Origin: a virus
Length of the DNA: 53,847 bases
Strand: one strand, 5' to 3'
Virus record (IMG/VR): IMGVR_UViG_3300045988_101358
Span: 1-53,847 of that record
A program made the translations under genes and the position numbers. Of the stretch, positions 22,031 through 30,581 are shown piece after piece. The number at the start of each line of letters is the position of its first letter. Position 1 is the stretch's first letter. A model generated the notes under the pieces. It saw only the letters and a list, made by a program, of their open reading frames with translations, was not told where the DNA came from and did not search any database.

Positions 22031-22078
22031 CACCACCACCACCATTTCGTGCAAAACATGTGGTAAGTTAGGAGTTCT

Positions 22079-23329
22079 ATGGTTCAACTAGACAAACATC
22101 AGCTCGAAGCTATCCGAGCTCTCAAATCAGGCAACATTCTTGTTGGTGGCGTTGGAACCGGAAAGACCCGTACAGCGCTCGCATGGTGGCTCTTCAAAGT
22201 CTGCAATGGGCAGAATCAGATTGCTACCCGAAACTCCGACGGAGGAATCACTCGAATCGGCAAGGATATTCCTATGGCGACTCCGACCGACTTGTATGTG
22301 ATTACCACAGCACGAAAGCGAGACTCGAAGGACTGGGAGCTGGAGCTCACATATTTCAGCGAAGTCTCCGGTGTCCGGATAGTCATCGATTCCTGGAACA
22401 ATATTTCAAAGTACAAGGATGTCGCGAACGCATGCTTCCTGTTTGATGAACAACGAGTCGTTGGGTATGGCGCTTGGACAAAGAATTTCCTCAAGATCAC
22501 TCGACAGAACACTTGGTTGTTGCTCAGTGCAACACCTGGCGATACGTGGTCGGATTATATTCCAGTCTTCATAGCCAACGGTTTCTACAAGAACAAGACA
22601 CAGTTCATGGACCGACATGCTGTCTGGGATCGCTATTCCAAATATCCGAAGATCAAACGTTTCGTCGATGAGAACATTCTCTATGGACTCAAACGAAGGA
22701 TCACCGTCAACATGGAAGTCGCCAGGCATACCGTCAGGCACTTCAATTATATTCCGGTTGAGTATGACCACGACAAAGCCGATGATGTTGTGACTCGGAA
22801 ACGATGGAATCCTTTCACCGAAGAACCAATCAAGGATGTCTCTGAATACTGTGCCGTACTGAAGCGAGTGATATTTTCAGATCAGTCCAGATTGGAGGCA
22901 ACATGGAAGATCATCGATGAACACCCACGAGTGATTATTTTCTATAGCTACGATTTTGAACTGGAGAAGATCCGAGAACTCAAGAAATTTCGAGAATGCG
23001 GATTCGAGTATGCCGAATGGAACGGTCATCTTCATGAAGCCGTCCCGACATCCCAGAAGTGGATCTATGTCGTTCAGTACCTTGCTGGTTCGGAAGCATG
23101 GAATTGCATCACGACGGACACGATCGTTTTCTGGAGCCAGAATTACAGCTACAAACAGATGGAGCAATCATGTGGTAGAATCGATCGAATGAATACACCC
23201 TACATCGACCTGAACTATTATATTCTTCGAAGCCGGTCAGGCCTGGATCTTGCCATTAGCAAATCCCTTCGCAAGAAGAAGCAGTTCAACGAGACTCGAT
23301 ATTACTCAAAGTTCTGGGAATCGCGCTGA
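22079..23329 (+). CDS. SF2 (DEAD/SNF2-like) helicase.
   Basis: GGVGTGKT (motif I), LFDEQR (motif II), LLSATPG (motif III), QSCGRIDR (motif VI). Confidence 0.75.
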   Translation: MVQLDKHQLEAIRALKSGNILVGGVGTGKTRTALAWWLFKVCNGQNQIATRNSDGGITRIGKDIPMATPTDLYVITTARKRDSKDWELELTYFSEVSGVRIVIDSWNNISKYKDVANACFLFDEQRVVGYGAWTKNFLKITRQNTWLLLSATPGDTWSDYIPVFIANGFYKNKTQFMDRHAVWDRYSKYPKIKRFVDENILYGLKRRITVNMEVARHTVRHFNYIPVEYDHDKADDVVTRKRWNPFTEEPIKDVSEYCAVLKRVIFSDQSRLEATWKIIDEHPRVIIFYSYDFELEKIRELKKFRECGFEYAEWNGHLHEAVPTSQKWIYVVQYLAGSEAWNCITTDTIVFWSQNYSYKQMEQSCGRIDRMNTPYIDLNYYILRSRSGLDLAISKSLRKKKQFNETRYYSKFWESR

Positions 23330-23339
23330 AATTCCAATT

Positions 23340-23365
23340 CGCGAAAAAAACAACTACCTTTATAG
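23340..23365 (+). promoter_or_regulatory. Copy 8 (most degenerate) of the 26-nt motif.
   Basis: cgcgaa aaaaacaa ctacc tttatag. Confidence 0.4.
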
Positions 23366-23432
23366 AAGAGGAGGAGAATACGCCCAATTATGGTTTATTC
23401 TCTTTCTCTTCCCTTTAGCCGAAAGGTGGGCC

Positions 23433-23729
23433 ATGAAACGAGAAGGAAAGTTTCAGAATGAACTTATCACAGACATCAAGCGACTGTTGCCTGGTTGTAT
23501 CGTGATGAAGAACGACCCTGATTATATTCAGGGCATCCCAGACTTGACCGTGCTCTACAAGAAACGTTGGGCTTGCTTGGAAGTCAAGCGAACCAACAAT
23601 TCTCCCCATCGTCCGAATCAGGATTATTACGTTCAGCTCATGAACTCCATGAGCTTTGCTGCATTCGTATGTCCTGAGAACAAAGACGAAGTTCTATCTG
23701 CACTATTCAAGGAACTGGAAAGACTATGA
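23433..23729 (+). CDS. VRR-NUC-type nuclease.
   Basis: EGKFQNELITDIKRL...GIPDLTVLYKKRWACLEVKR...NQDYYVQLMNS fits the VRR-NUC D...E-x-K...Q pattern. Confidence 0.6.
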   Translation: MKREGKFQNELITDIKRLLPGCIVMKNDPDYIQGIPDLTVLYKKRWACLEVKRTNNSPHRPNQDYYVQLMNSMSFAAFVCPENKDEVLSALFKELERL

Positions 23730-24283
23730 AATTCAATGATCATCATCAACTTGATGGTATGCATTCATTTTTGAGTGCATCGAAGTGGCATTGGGTAAAT
23801 TACGCACCTGAGCATCTCGATGATATTTATCGCTCATCGATGGCTGCACAGCTTGGAACCGAACTTCATGCTTTGGCTTCAGACCTTATCAAGCATGGCG
23901 TGAAGCTTCCGCGCAATAAGAAGACACTCAACCAGTTTGTTAATGATGCTATTGGTTGGAAGATGGCTTCCGAGCAAGTTCTGTTTTATTCTATGAATGC
24001 TTTTGGCACAGCTGATGCTATTTCCTTCGATGGCAAGCTGCTTCGCATTCATGATCTTAAGACTGGAGTCATTCCGGCTCATATGGAGCAGCTTGAAATC
24101 TATGCTTCATATTTTTGCCTTGAGTATGACGTGAAGCCTGAAGACATCGACATGATTCTGAGGATCTATCAGAATGATGACATTGTCGAGGTAGAACCCG
24201 AACCTCAGGATATTCGTGACATCATGGGTAAGATCGTACTCTTTGACAAACGTATTGAACAACTCAAGCAGGAAGGAGTCTGA
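23726..24283 (+). CDS. PD-(D/E)XK (RecB/Cas4-like) nuclease.
   Basis: GTELHAL..., FGTADAISFDGKLLRIHDLKTG, QLEIYASY. Confidence 0.55.
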   Translation: MKFNDHHQLDGMHSFLSASKWHWVNYAPEHLDDIYRSSMAAQLGTELHALASDLIKHGVKLPRNKKTLNQFVNDAIGWKMASEQVLFYSMNAFGTADAISFDGKLLRIHDLKTGVIPAHMEQLEIYASYFCLEYDVKPEDIDMILRIYQNDDIVEVEPEPQDIRDIMGKIVLFDKRIEQLKQEGV

Positions 24284-24284
24284 C

Positions 24285-27182
24285 ATGTTCGTGGTTGACG
24301 AATCTGAACTTGAACATTCCGGAACTCCTCATGCTGGAAGTGTTCCGCATTCCGGTCGATACAAGTGGGGCTCTGGAGAAAATCCAGGTCAGCACGACAA
24401 TTCGTTCAGAACTCAATATAGGAATTTCAAGAAGCAGGGTTTTACTGAAGCCGAAATTGTCAAAGCAATGGGGCTTAAGTCTACTGCTGAACTTCGAGTT
24501 CTAAACAAGGTCAATCGTGAACAGGAAGGCTTCGAGCAGACCCAGCGAGCTAGGAAGCTGATTGAAGAGAACGGATATTCTCTATCCGCAGCAGCTCGTA
24601 AGGTTGGCTTGAGTGAGTCGACGCTTCGCAGTCGTCTTAAGAGTTCTTTCGAAGAGCGAGCTTCTCGTACTTCGAAGGCTGCATCATATTTGCAGGAGCA
24701 AGTCGACAAAGGCGCTCTTGTGGATGTCGGTGAAGGCTCTTGGACTTATCTTGGAGTCTCCAAGGCTGTGCTCGATGCAGCTGTCCGTAAGCTGAAGGAT
24801 CAAGGATATTCTGTTGAGACTATCGAAGTCCCTCAGGTTTCCGATCCCGATCATATGACTAAGATCAAAGTTCTGGCGCCGAAAGGTATGGCTTGGAAGG
24901 ATATTCAGGCTAACAAGAACAAGATTCAAGTGATCGACCACAGCTTTGATGAATCTCCGCTTATTTCCAAATCAGACAAAACGCTCCCTGAGAGCGTCAG
25001 TTCTAAGAGAGTCAAGGTTGTCTTTGATGAGGAAGGTGGAACTCAGCGAGATGGAAATATTCTTGTTCGTCCTGGCGTCGAAGATGTAGCTCTTGGTGGT
25101 AATCACTACGCTCAGGTTCGAATCGCCGTGGATGGGACACACTATCTTAAGGGTACTGCCATGTATGGTGACCCTAAGGATTTCCCTCCTGGTGTCGATC
25201 TCATTTTCAATTCCAACAAACCAAGATCTGTTGGCAAGCTTGGTGCTTTGAAAGAGCTGAAGACCGACAAAGATGGTAAAATTGATCAGAACCTTCCTTT
25301 TGGTGCTGTGACTCGTAAGCTTACCTACACTGACAAGAATGGTCAGGAACATATTTCCAAGATCAATCTTGTTCGTGAGGAAGGCGAATGGGATACCTGG
25401 TCTAGGAATCTTCCTTCTCAGATGCTGTCTAAGCAATCTCGTGAGCTGGCTCATCGCCAGTTGGGCATTGCTTATGAACGTTCTTTCTCTGAGTATCAGG
25501 ATATTCTCAAGCTGAGTAATCCTGCCGTCAAGCGAAAGCTTCTTCAGGAATTTTCTGATGAGTGTGATCGTAAGGCTGTGGATCTCAAAGCTGCTGCGAT
25601 GCCTCGTCAGTCTACCCATGTTATTCTCCCGATTCCTTCTTTGAAGGACAACGAAATATATGCTCCTTCATTCCGTAATGGCGAACGAGTTGCATTGATT
25701 CGATTCCCTCATGGTGGAACGTTTGAGATTCCAGAGCTTATTGTAAATAACAATAACCGTGAAGCTCGACAGCGTTTGGGGAATGGCAAGGGCATGTCTC
25801 TTGATGCGGTTGGTATTAACCATAAGGTTGCTGCTCGACTTTCTGGAGCTGACTTTGATGGCGATACTGTTCTGGTTATTCCAAACAATCGTGGAGAAAT
25901 TAAGAGTACTAATCCTCTTAAGGGTCTTGAAGACTTTGATCCTTCTTCAGCTTATCCAGCATATCCTGGAATGAAGAAAGTCAAGACTGATAAGGCTTTT
26001 AATAAGCAGGCTGAAATGGGAAAGGTCAGTAATCTTATTACTGACATGACCATTAAGGGTGCTACTCCTGATAAGATCGCTCGTGCTGTTCGTCATTCTA
26101 TGGTTGTCATCGATGCTGAAAAGCATAATTTGGATTGGCGTAAATCCTATGAGGATAATGGTATTGCTGATCTTAAACGAGAGTATCAGGGCACTGCTCC
26201 TAATGGCCAGCTTCGTGGCGCATCGACTCTTATTTCTCGAGCATCTGCTACGCAATATGTGAATGCTCGAGAAAAAAATCCTGCAAGATATGGAGGTTCC
26301 ATAGATCCCGATACTGGAAAAATATGGTATAGGGAAACTGGAAAGGGCTCTACGGAAGTTGCTTATCGTGACCCTACCAAACCAGGAAAGAGGCCAGGCT
26401 CTCCAGGTAGGAAGACCTGGGCTTCAGAGCGCAAGTTCCATGCTCTTGTAAAGAAGGGTGAAATTCCGGAATCTACAAAAATTATAGATACCAGGTTTAA
26501 GCCCCGTCTTCAGGAGTCTAAGAAGATGCTTGAAGTAGATGATGCTTTTGAGTTGTCTTCTGGTACCAACATGGAATGGGAGTATGCTACCTATGCTAAT
26601 AGGATGAAGGCCCTAGCTAATGATGCTAGAAAGGCTTTGCTAGCCACTCCTAATGCGCCCTATAGTCCATCCGCCCATAAGGCCTACGCTGAAGAGGTGG
26701 CTTCTCTCAAGGCTAAGCTTAACACAGCCTTGAAGAACAAGCCTCTTGAACGCAAGGCTCAGCTCATTGCCGGTAACATAGTACGCAGCCAGCGCATCTC
26801 TAACCCTGACCTAGACGAAGACGAGTTGAAGAAGCTGCGCACCACAGCGCTTGAGACAGCTCGTGCTAGGACAGGAGCACTCAATGCTGAAGGCAAGCGT
26901 GTAACATTCACTCCACGTGAATGGGAAGCTGTGCAAGCTGGTGCCATCTCCCATACCATGCTCACTGAGCTGCTGAAGAACGCAGACAGTGGTGTGGTAA
27001 AGGAGCTTGCTACACCACATAGTGACAAGGGTAAGATGAACAATGTCTTGATTGCTCGTGCTCGAGCCTTGCTCAATGCAGGCAACATGACACAGAATGA
27101 AGTGGCTGATCTACTTGGCGTTAGTGTTAACACCTTGAAGGCCAACCTCAACCCCAAGTCGAAGTTGAATCAAGAGAGGTGA
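24285..27182 (+). CDS. 965-aa HTH-flanked protein with a beta-prime-like double-psi beta-barrel catalytic motif (candidate YonO/RdRP-like single-subunit RNA polymerase).
   Basis: ggaaggagtctgac-ATG. ERVALIRFPHGGTFEIPELIV...VGINHKVAARLSGADFDGDTVLVIPNN parallels beta-prime R-x-P-x-x-H ... NADFDGDQM. HTH-like segments at the N-terminus (GYSLSAAARKVGLSESTLRSRL) and C-terminus (MTQNEVADLLGVSVNTLKANL). Confidence 0.45.
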   Translation: MFVVDESELEHSGTPHAGSVPHSGRYKWGSGENPGQHDNSFRTQYRNFKKQGFTEAEIVKAMGLKSTAELRVLNKVNREQEGFEQTQRARKLIEENGYSLSAAARKVGLSESTLRSRLKSSFEERASRTSKAASYLQEQVDKGALVDVGEGSWTYLGVSKAVLDAAVRKLKDQGYSVETIEVPQVSDPDHMTKIKVLAPKGMAWKDIQANKNKIQVIDHSFDESPLISKSDKTLPESVSSKRVKVVFDEEGGTQRDGNILVRPGVEDVALGGNHYAQVRIAVDGTHYLKGTAMYGDPKDFPPGVDLIFNSNKPRSVGKLGALKELKTDKDGKIDQNLPFGAVTRKLTYTDKNGQEHISKINLVREEGEWDTWSRNLPSQMLSKQSRELAHRQLGIAYERSFSEYQDILKLSNPAVKRKLLQEFSDECDRKAVDLKAAAMPRQSTHVILPIPSLKDNEIYAPSFRNGERVALIRFPHGGTFEIPELIVNNNNREARQRLGNGKGMSLDAVGINHKVAARLSGADFDGDTVLVIPNNRGEIKSTNPLKGLEDFDPSSAYPAYPGMKKVKTDKAFNKQAEMGKVSNLITDMTIKGATPDKIARAVRHSMVVIDAEKHNLDWRKSYEDNGIADLKREYQGTAPNGQLRGASTLISRASATQYVNAREKNPARYGGSIDPDTGKIWYRETGKGSTEVAYRDPTKPGKRPGSPGRKTWASERKFHALVKKGEIPESTKIIDTRFKPRLQESKKMLEVDDAFELSSGTNMEWEYATYANRMKALANDARKALLATPNAPYSPSAHKAYAEEVASLKAKLNTALKNKPLERKAQLIAGNIVRSQRISNPDLDEDELKKLRTTALETARARTGALNAEGKRVTFTPREWEAVQAGAISHTMLTELLKNADSGVVKELATPHSDKGKMNNVLIARARALLNAGNMTQNEVADLLGVSVNTLKANLNPKSKLNQER

Positions 27183-27187
27183 GACAC

Positions 27188-27433
27188 ATGGAACAATACA
27201 TGCTGTCCACCAAGGACAATCCTTACAGCCCTTGGACTCAATGGACTGCTTGGTATGGTTGGGATGAGCAACATGGTTACCATTCAACCGCTTTGCTCGG
27301 TCGCTTCGCTCGCACTAGCGATACATTGAGTGACATTGATCAAATGAAAGTAGTCAGCGATGCTATAGATAGTATTATAGCTCTGTATTCGGATTCTCCT
27401 TTTATCAAAATTAAAAAACCAGAAAGCATTTGA
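27188..27433 (+). CDS. Conserved phage protein of unknown function (81 aa).
   Basis: MEQYMLSTKDNPYSPWTQWTAWYGWDEQHGYHS. Confidence 0.6.
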   Translation: MEQYMLSTKDNPYSPWTQWTAWYGWDEQHGYHSTALLGRFARTSDTLSDIDQMKVVSDAIDSIIALYSDSPFIKIKKPESI

Positions 27434-27798
27434 GTTTCTGATTTTATAAAATTTTTGATAAAGAGGTCCGAAGACATAGGGGGGGGTCGCGAAAACAACG
27501 ACCCCCTCAGCATCGCCGGCCTCCTGGAAAAATCCCCGGCGGGAATTTTTGATAGAACATTACGGGTTCGCCAGGCAAACAAGTAGCCGGGTGGCCCATG
27601 AATCCTTCTCAGATACCCAGGCTCTCCTTTCAAAGAGCCCAAGAAAGTATGGTGGAACGTAGATTGTGCAGCGAGTTCCTTTCGTTAACCATATTCAATC
27701 TTGGGTAAAGTCCTGGTGAACCCATAAAGTTCTATCACAAACTCTCGTCATATTTCCAGGTGATCTTGCTTTCGAGCTAATTTGGAGGTGAATCACGT
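27434..27798. promoter_or_regulatory. Structured 365-bp non-coding region upstream of terS. Probable packaging-initiation (cos/pac) region.
   Basis: No credible ORF. Several GC-rich hairpins, a G8 tract, and direct repeats atttttgata (27451 and 27545). Lies immediately 5' of the terS-HNH genes. Confidence 0.45.
27479..27486 (+). repeat. Poly-G tract (G8) forming the 5' arm of a hairpin.
   Basis: ataggggggggtcg cgaaaacaa cgaccccct. Confidence 0.85.
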
Positions 27799-28131
27799 AT
27801 GGCTCGACCGAAGAAACTTCAAAAGGACACTCGACCGCTCACTCGACCGGCTGTAACGCCGGAGGGTAGGGAAGATCAGATGATTAGCCTTGCGGTTGAT
27901 CTTGCCGAGAAGCAACTTCGAGAGGGTACGGCATCATCTCAGGTCATTACGCACTTCCTGAAGCTTGCAACCACTCGAGAGAATCTCGAGAAAGAGAAAC
28001 TTCGTCACGAGAATGAACTTCTCAAAGCAAAGACCGAAGTTCTGCAATCTTCGAAGCATGTCGAAGAATTGTATGCGAAAGCTATCGATGCTATGCGTTC
28101 ATATTCTGGCGGCGGTTCTGATGAGGCATAG
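27799..28131 (+). CDS. terS: Putative terminase small subunit.
   Basis: ggaggtgaatcacgt-ATG. MARPKKLQKD...GTASSQVITHFLKLATTRENLEKEKLRHENELLKAKTE. Sits next to HNH and the cos-like region. Confidence 0.5.
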   Translation: MARPKKLQKDTRPLTRPAVTPEGREDQMISLAVDLAEKQLREGTASSQVITHFLKLATTRENLEKEKLRHENELLKAKTEVLQSSKHVEELYAKAIDAMRSYSGGGSDEA

Positions 28132-28537
28132 GTCTTACTCTGAACTTAGGCAACTATCTACATTCAAAGAGCGTTACGACTATCTTAAACTTAACGGGAG
28201 AGTCGGAGCTGAAACGTTTGGTTATAATCGATACGTCAATCAACGATTCTATCGTTCTACTGAATGGAAACATATTCGTGATCAGATAATCATTCGTGAC
28301 AATGGCTGTGATCTTGGAGTCGAAGGTTATGACCTTCATTTGAGAATCTATATCCACCATTTGAATCCCATGACTGTAGACGACATTGATCAAGGTCGTC
28401 AAATGATTCTCGATCCAGACAATCTTATTTGTGTTTCCTTTGATACGCATCAAGCCATCCATTTCGGAGACGAATCTCTTTTGCCGCAAATTCCTATTGA
28501 GCGAATTCCAGGGGATACTTGCCCTTGGCGTTACTGA
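28121..28537 (+). CDS. HNH endonuclease (terminase-associated type).
   Basis: YRSTEWKHIRDQIIIRDNGCDLG...IHHLNPMTVDDI...DPDNLICVSFDTHQAIHFG. Confidence 0.75.
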   Translation: MRHRSYSELRQLSTFKERYDYLKLNGRVGAETFGYNRYVNQRFYRSTEWKHIRDQIIIRDNGCDLGVEGYDLHLRIYIHHLNPMTVDDIDQGRQMILDPDNLICVSFDTHQAIHFGDESLLPQIPIERIPGDTCPWRY

Positions 28538-28553
28538 AAGGATATTTGGTCCA

Positions 28554-28700
28554 ATGAAGATTACGGATATCGTAACCAATAAATTGATAGTCGATGCCAA
28601 TGCAAAATTCGTTATTACTTTTAAGGTCATAGATGGTATCCAGGATTCTTCTGGCATCTTTATCACAGACTCTAAGAGTAATAACATTACAACTTCATAG
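28554..28700 (+). CDS. 48-aa protein resembling the last Ig-like repeat of the next gene.
   Basis: gaaagga upstream. MKITDIVTNKLIVDANAKFVITFKVIDG compares with PVITDIVTTPLTVDSGKTFKITFKVTDK. Confidence 0.4.
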   Translation: MKITDIVTNKLIVDANAKFVITFKVIDGIQDSSGIFITDSKSNNITTS

Positions 28701-28722
28701 CTATTATCTTAAGGAGTATTAT

Positions 28723-29628
28723 ATGGCGGTTAAAACTGCATATGTGATGTTTAATGGTAATAAGATTGCCGCTGTTCTCAATGAGGCAACCGGAAAGTAT
28801 GAGGCCATCGTTACTGCGCCTGCCGCTTCATCATGGTCTCAGCCTGATCATGTGTATAAAGCCGAGGTTCATGCTGAAGATAATGCTGGTAACACTGCTT
28901 CTGTGACTTCTTCTGATGTCACTTATGGCAATCAGTTGAAGATCCGTGTTCTTGAGAAGACCAAGCCCACTGCTCAGATCACCAAGCCGACCAGTGGTTC
29001 GGTTCTTGGCTCCGATGCGCAGGATATTGTTCTGGTTGTCAAGGATGCCGGTGGCTCTGGTCTCAACCTTTCCACCGTGGTCTTCAAGGTCAATGGTTCC
29101 GCCATCGCATCGAGCGCCCTTACCTGGGCCGATGGCACTGACGGAGCTAAGACTGCCACTTACCATGCAACCAAGTTGCCTGATGGCAGCAATACCATCG
29201 AGCTCCAAGTCACCGATAATGATGGCAACGTGTCCGACAAGGCTAGCGTCAGCTTCATCATCTCTACTGCGGCTCCGACGCTCGATGTCACCACCCCGGT
29301 CGACAATCTTCTCACGAACCATTCGTCCGTCACCGTGTCTGGTACCGCTGCCGCTGGCTCCAATGCCGTCACGCTGTCCTCTGTTACCGTCAATGGCAGC
29401 AAGGTCGCCGTTGGCTCCAACGGCGCCTTCTCTACCGAAGTGCAGCTCGCCGAAGGTGCCAACACGATTACGATTGTCGCTACCGATTCTCTCGGTAAAA
29501 ACACGACGGTCGTTCGGCATGTTACCCGTGACTCTACCGCTCCGGTCATCACTGATATCGTTACCACGCCGCTCACGGTTGACTCGGGCAAGACCTTTAA
29601 GATCACGTTCAAGGTCACGGACAAGTAA
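28723..29628 (+). CDS. Ig-like (bacterial Ig/Big-type) repeat protein; possible head decoration or fibre.
   Basis: aaggagtattat-ATG. Repeated beta-rich modules (APTLDVTTPVDNLLTNHSSVTVSGTAAAG...VTVNGSKVAVGSNGAFSTEVQLAEGANTITIVATD). Confidence 0.55.
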   Translation: MAVKTAYVMFNGNKIAAVLNEATGKYEAIVTAPAASSWSQPDHVYKAEVHAEDNAGNTASVTSSDVTYGNQLKIRVLEKTKPTAQITKPTSGSVLGSDAQDIVLVVKDAGGSGLNLSTVVFKVNGSAIASSALTWADGTDGAKTATYHATKLPDGSNTIELQVTDNDGNVSDKASVSFIISTAAPTLDVTTPVDNLLTNHSSVTVSGTAAAGSNAVTLSSVTVNGSKVAVGSNGAFSTEVQLAEGANTITIVATDSLGKNTTVVRHVTRDSTAPVITDIVTTPLTVDSGKTFKITFKVTDK

Positions 29629-29640
29629 TAGGAGATCAAA

Positions 29641-29892
29641 ATGATAGTCCGGTGTTGGGGTGAAATCAATGGAACCCATGTAGACTTTACTCCAATACCG
29701 GACCGTCCGGACTATTGGGAAGGCTATGCTCCCAGAGTTCCTGGTCTTCAGGACATTCAAATTTGGGCTGAGAATGATCGAGGTGCACGTGGCCATGTGA
29801 GTGTTGGAGTGTATGTATATTATCATACCCCAACTGTTGCTCGCATCGTTCTCAGCCCTTATAAGACTAAACTACTAGGCGTAAGCAGTTAG
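29641..29892 (+). CDS. Hypothetical protein (83 aa).
   Basis: taggagatcaaa-ATG. Confidence 0.6.
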   Translation: MIVRCWGEINGTHVDFTPIPDRPDYWEGYAPRVPGLQDIQIWAENDRGARGHVSVGVYVYYHTPTVARIVLSPYKTKLLGVSS

Positions 29893-29903
29893 GAGGTGTG
29901 CTC

Positions 29904-30194
29904 ATGGCCCAATGTCAATTCAAGTTTGGCGAGAAGAAGTATGTGATCATCAGTGTCCGTAGTATTGCCAAGGGCTGCATCGTCGATATTGCTAAGGCCT
30001 CGTGGTTGCTTACTCAGGGTGGCGAGGAAGAAGCTTCTGGTCAGTGCCTTATCGATCGGCAAACCGATGATGAGGTCTGGCTCAAGGCGTATATTAATCC
30101 ACTGAAGAACAATTGCTACTATGATCTTACATTCGATTATAGTGTAGGCGAAGAGCGTTTTCTCTATCCGGTGAAAGTGAGGGTTGTTCCATGA
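29904..30194 (+). CDS. Hypothetical protein (96 aa).
   Basis: aggaggtgtgctc-ATG. Confidence 0.6.
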   Translation: MAQCQFKFGEKKYVIISVRSIAKGCIVDIAKASWLLTQGGEEEASGQCLIDRQTDDEVWLKAYINPLKNNCYYDLTFDYSVGEERFLYPVKVRVVP

Positions 30195-30580
30195 GTTCCG
30201 AAACTGACGACACTCTTATTCAGAACAGCATTCTCAACACCGAGAAGAAGATGCTTGGGATTGATCTCGATGATGACGCATTCGATGACGAGCTTCTTGT
30301 TCACATCAATGGTATTGTTATGACGCTGCATCAGCTCGGCGTCGGTGTTGATCAACACTTTAATGTGGATGACAATACTACTACATGGGATGAACTGCTT
30401 GATAATCGCGATGATCTTCAAGCAGTGAAGACTTACATTTATCTTAAGCTTCGCCAACAGTTTGACCCGCCAACTAATTCATTTGTTCTCACTTCCATTG
30501 AGAAGCAGATCACAGAATTGGAATGGCGTTTAAATGTTCAGGCCGAAGCGACTCATCCTGTGTCACCTATTGGAGGTTGA
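30191..30580 (+). CDS. Possible gp6-like head-tail connector protein.
   Basis: LGIDLDDDAFDDELLVHINGIVMTLHQ... resembles connector/adaptor N-termini. Weak call. Confidence 0.3.
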   Translation: MSSETDDTLIQNSILNTEKKMLGIDLDDDAFDDELLVHINGIVMTLHQLGVGVDQHFNVDDNTTTWDELLDNRDDLQAVKTYIYLKLRQQFDPPTNSFVLTSIEKQITELEWRLNVQAEATHPVSPIGG

Positions 30581-30581
30581 T

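Noticed and set aside
21835-22071. 78-aa + ORF (MAKWRFSGGQVAVYS...) inside the iteron region.
   Set aside because: It is composed of the repeats themselves (WRF/SGG from gtggcgg units) and runs through the AT-rich tract and the (cca)5 run. It has no RBS. Treated as spurious.
28831-29826. 331-aa minus-strand ORF, plus further + alternative-frame ORFs, over the Ig-like gene.
   Set aside because: These are shadow frames of a GC-rich repeat gene. Only 28723-29628 has an RBS and Ig-like repeat structure.
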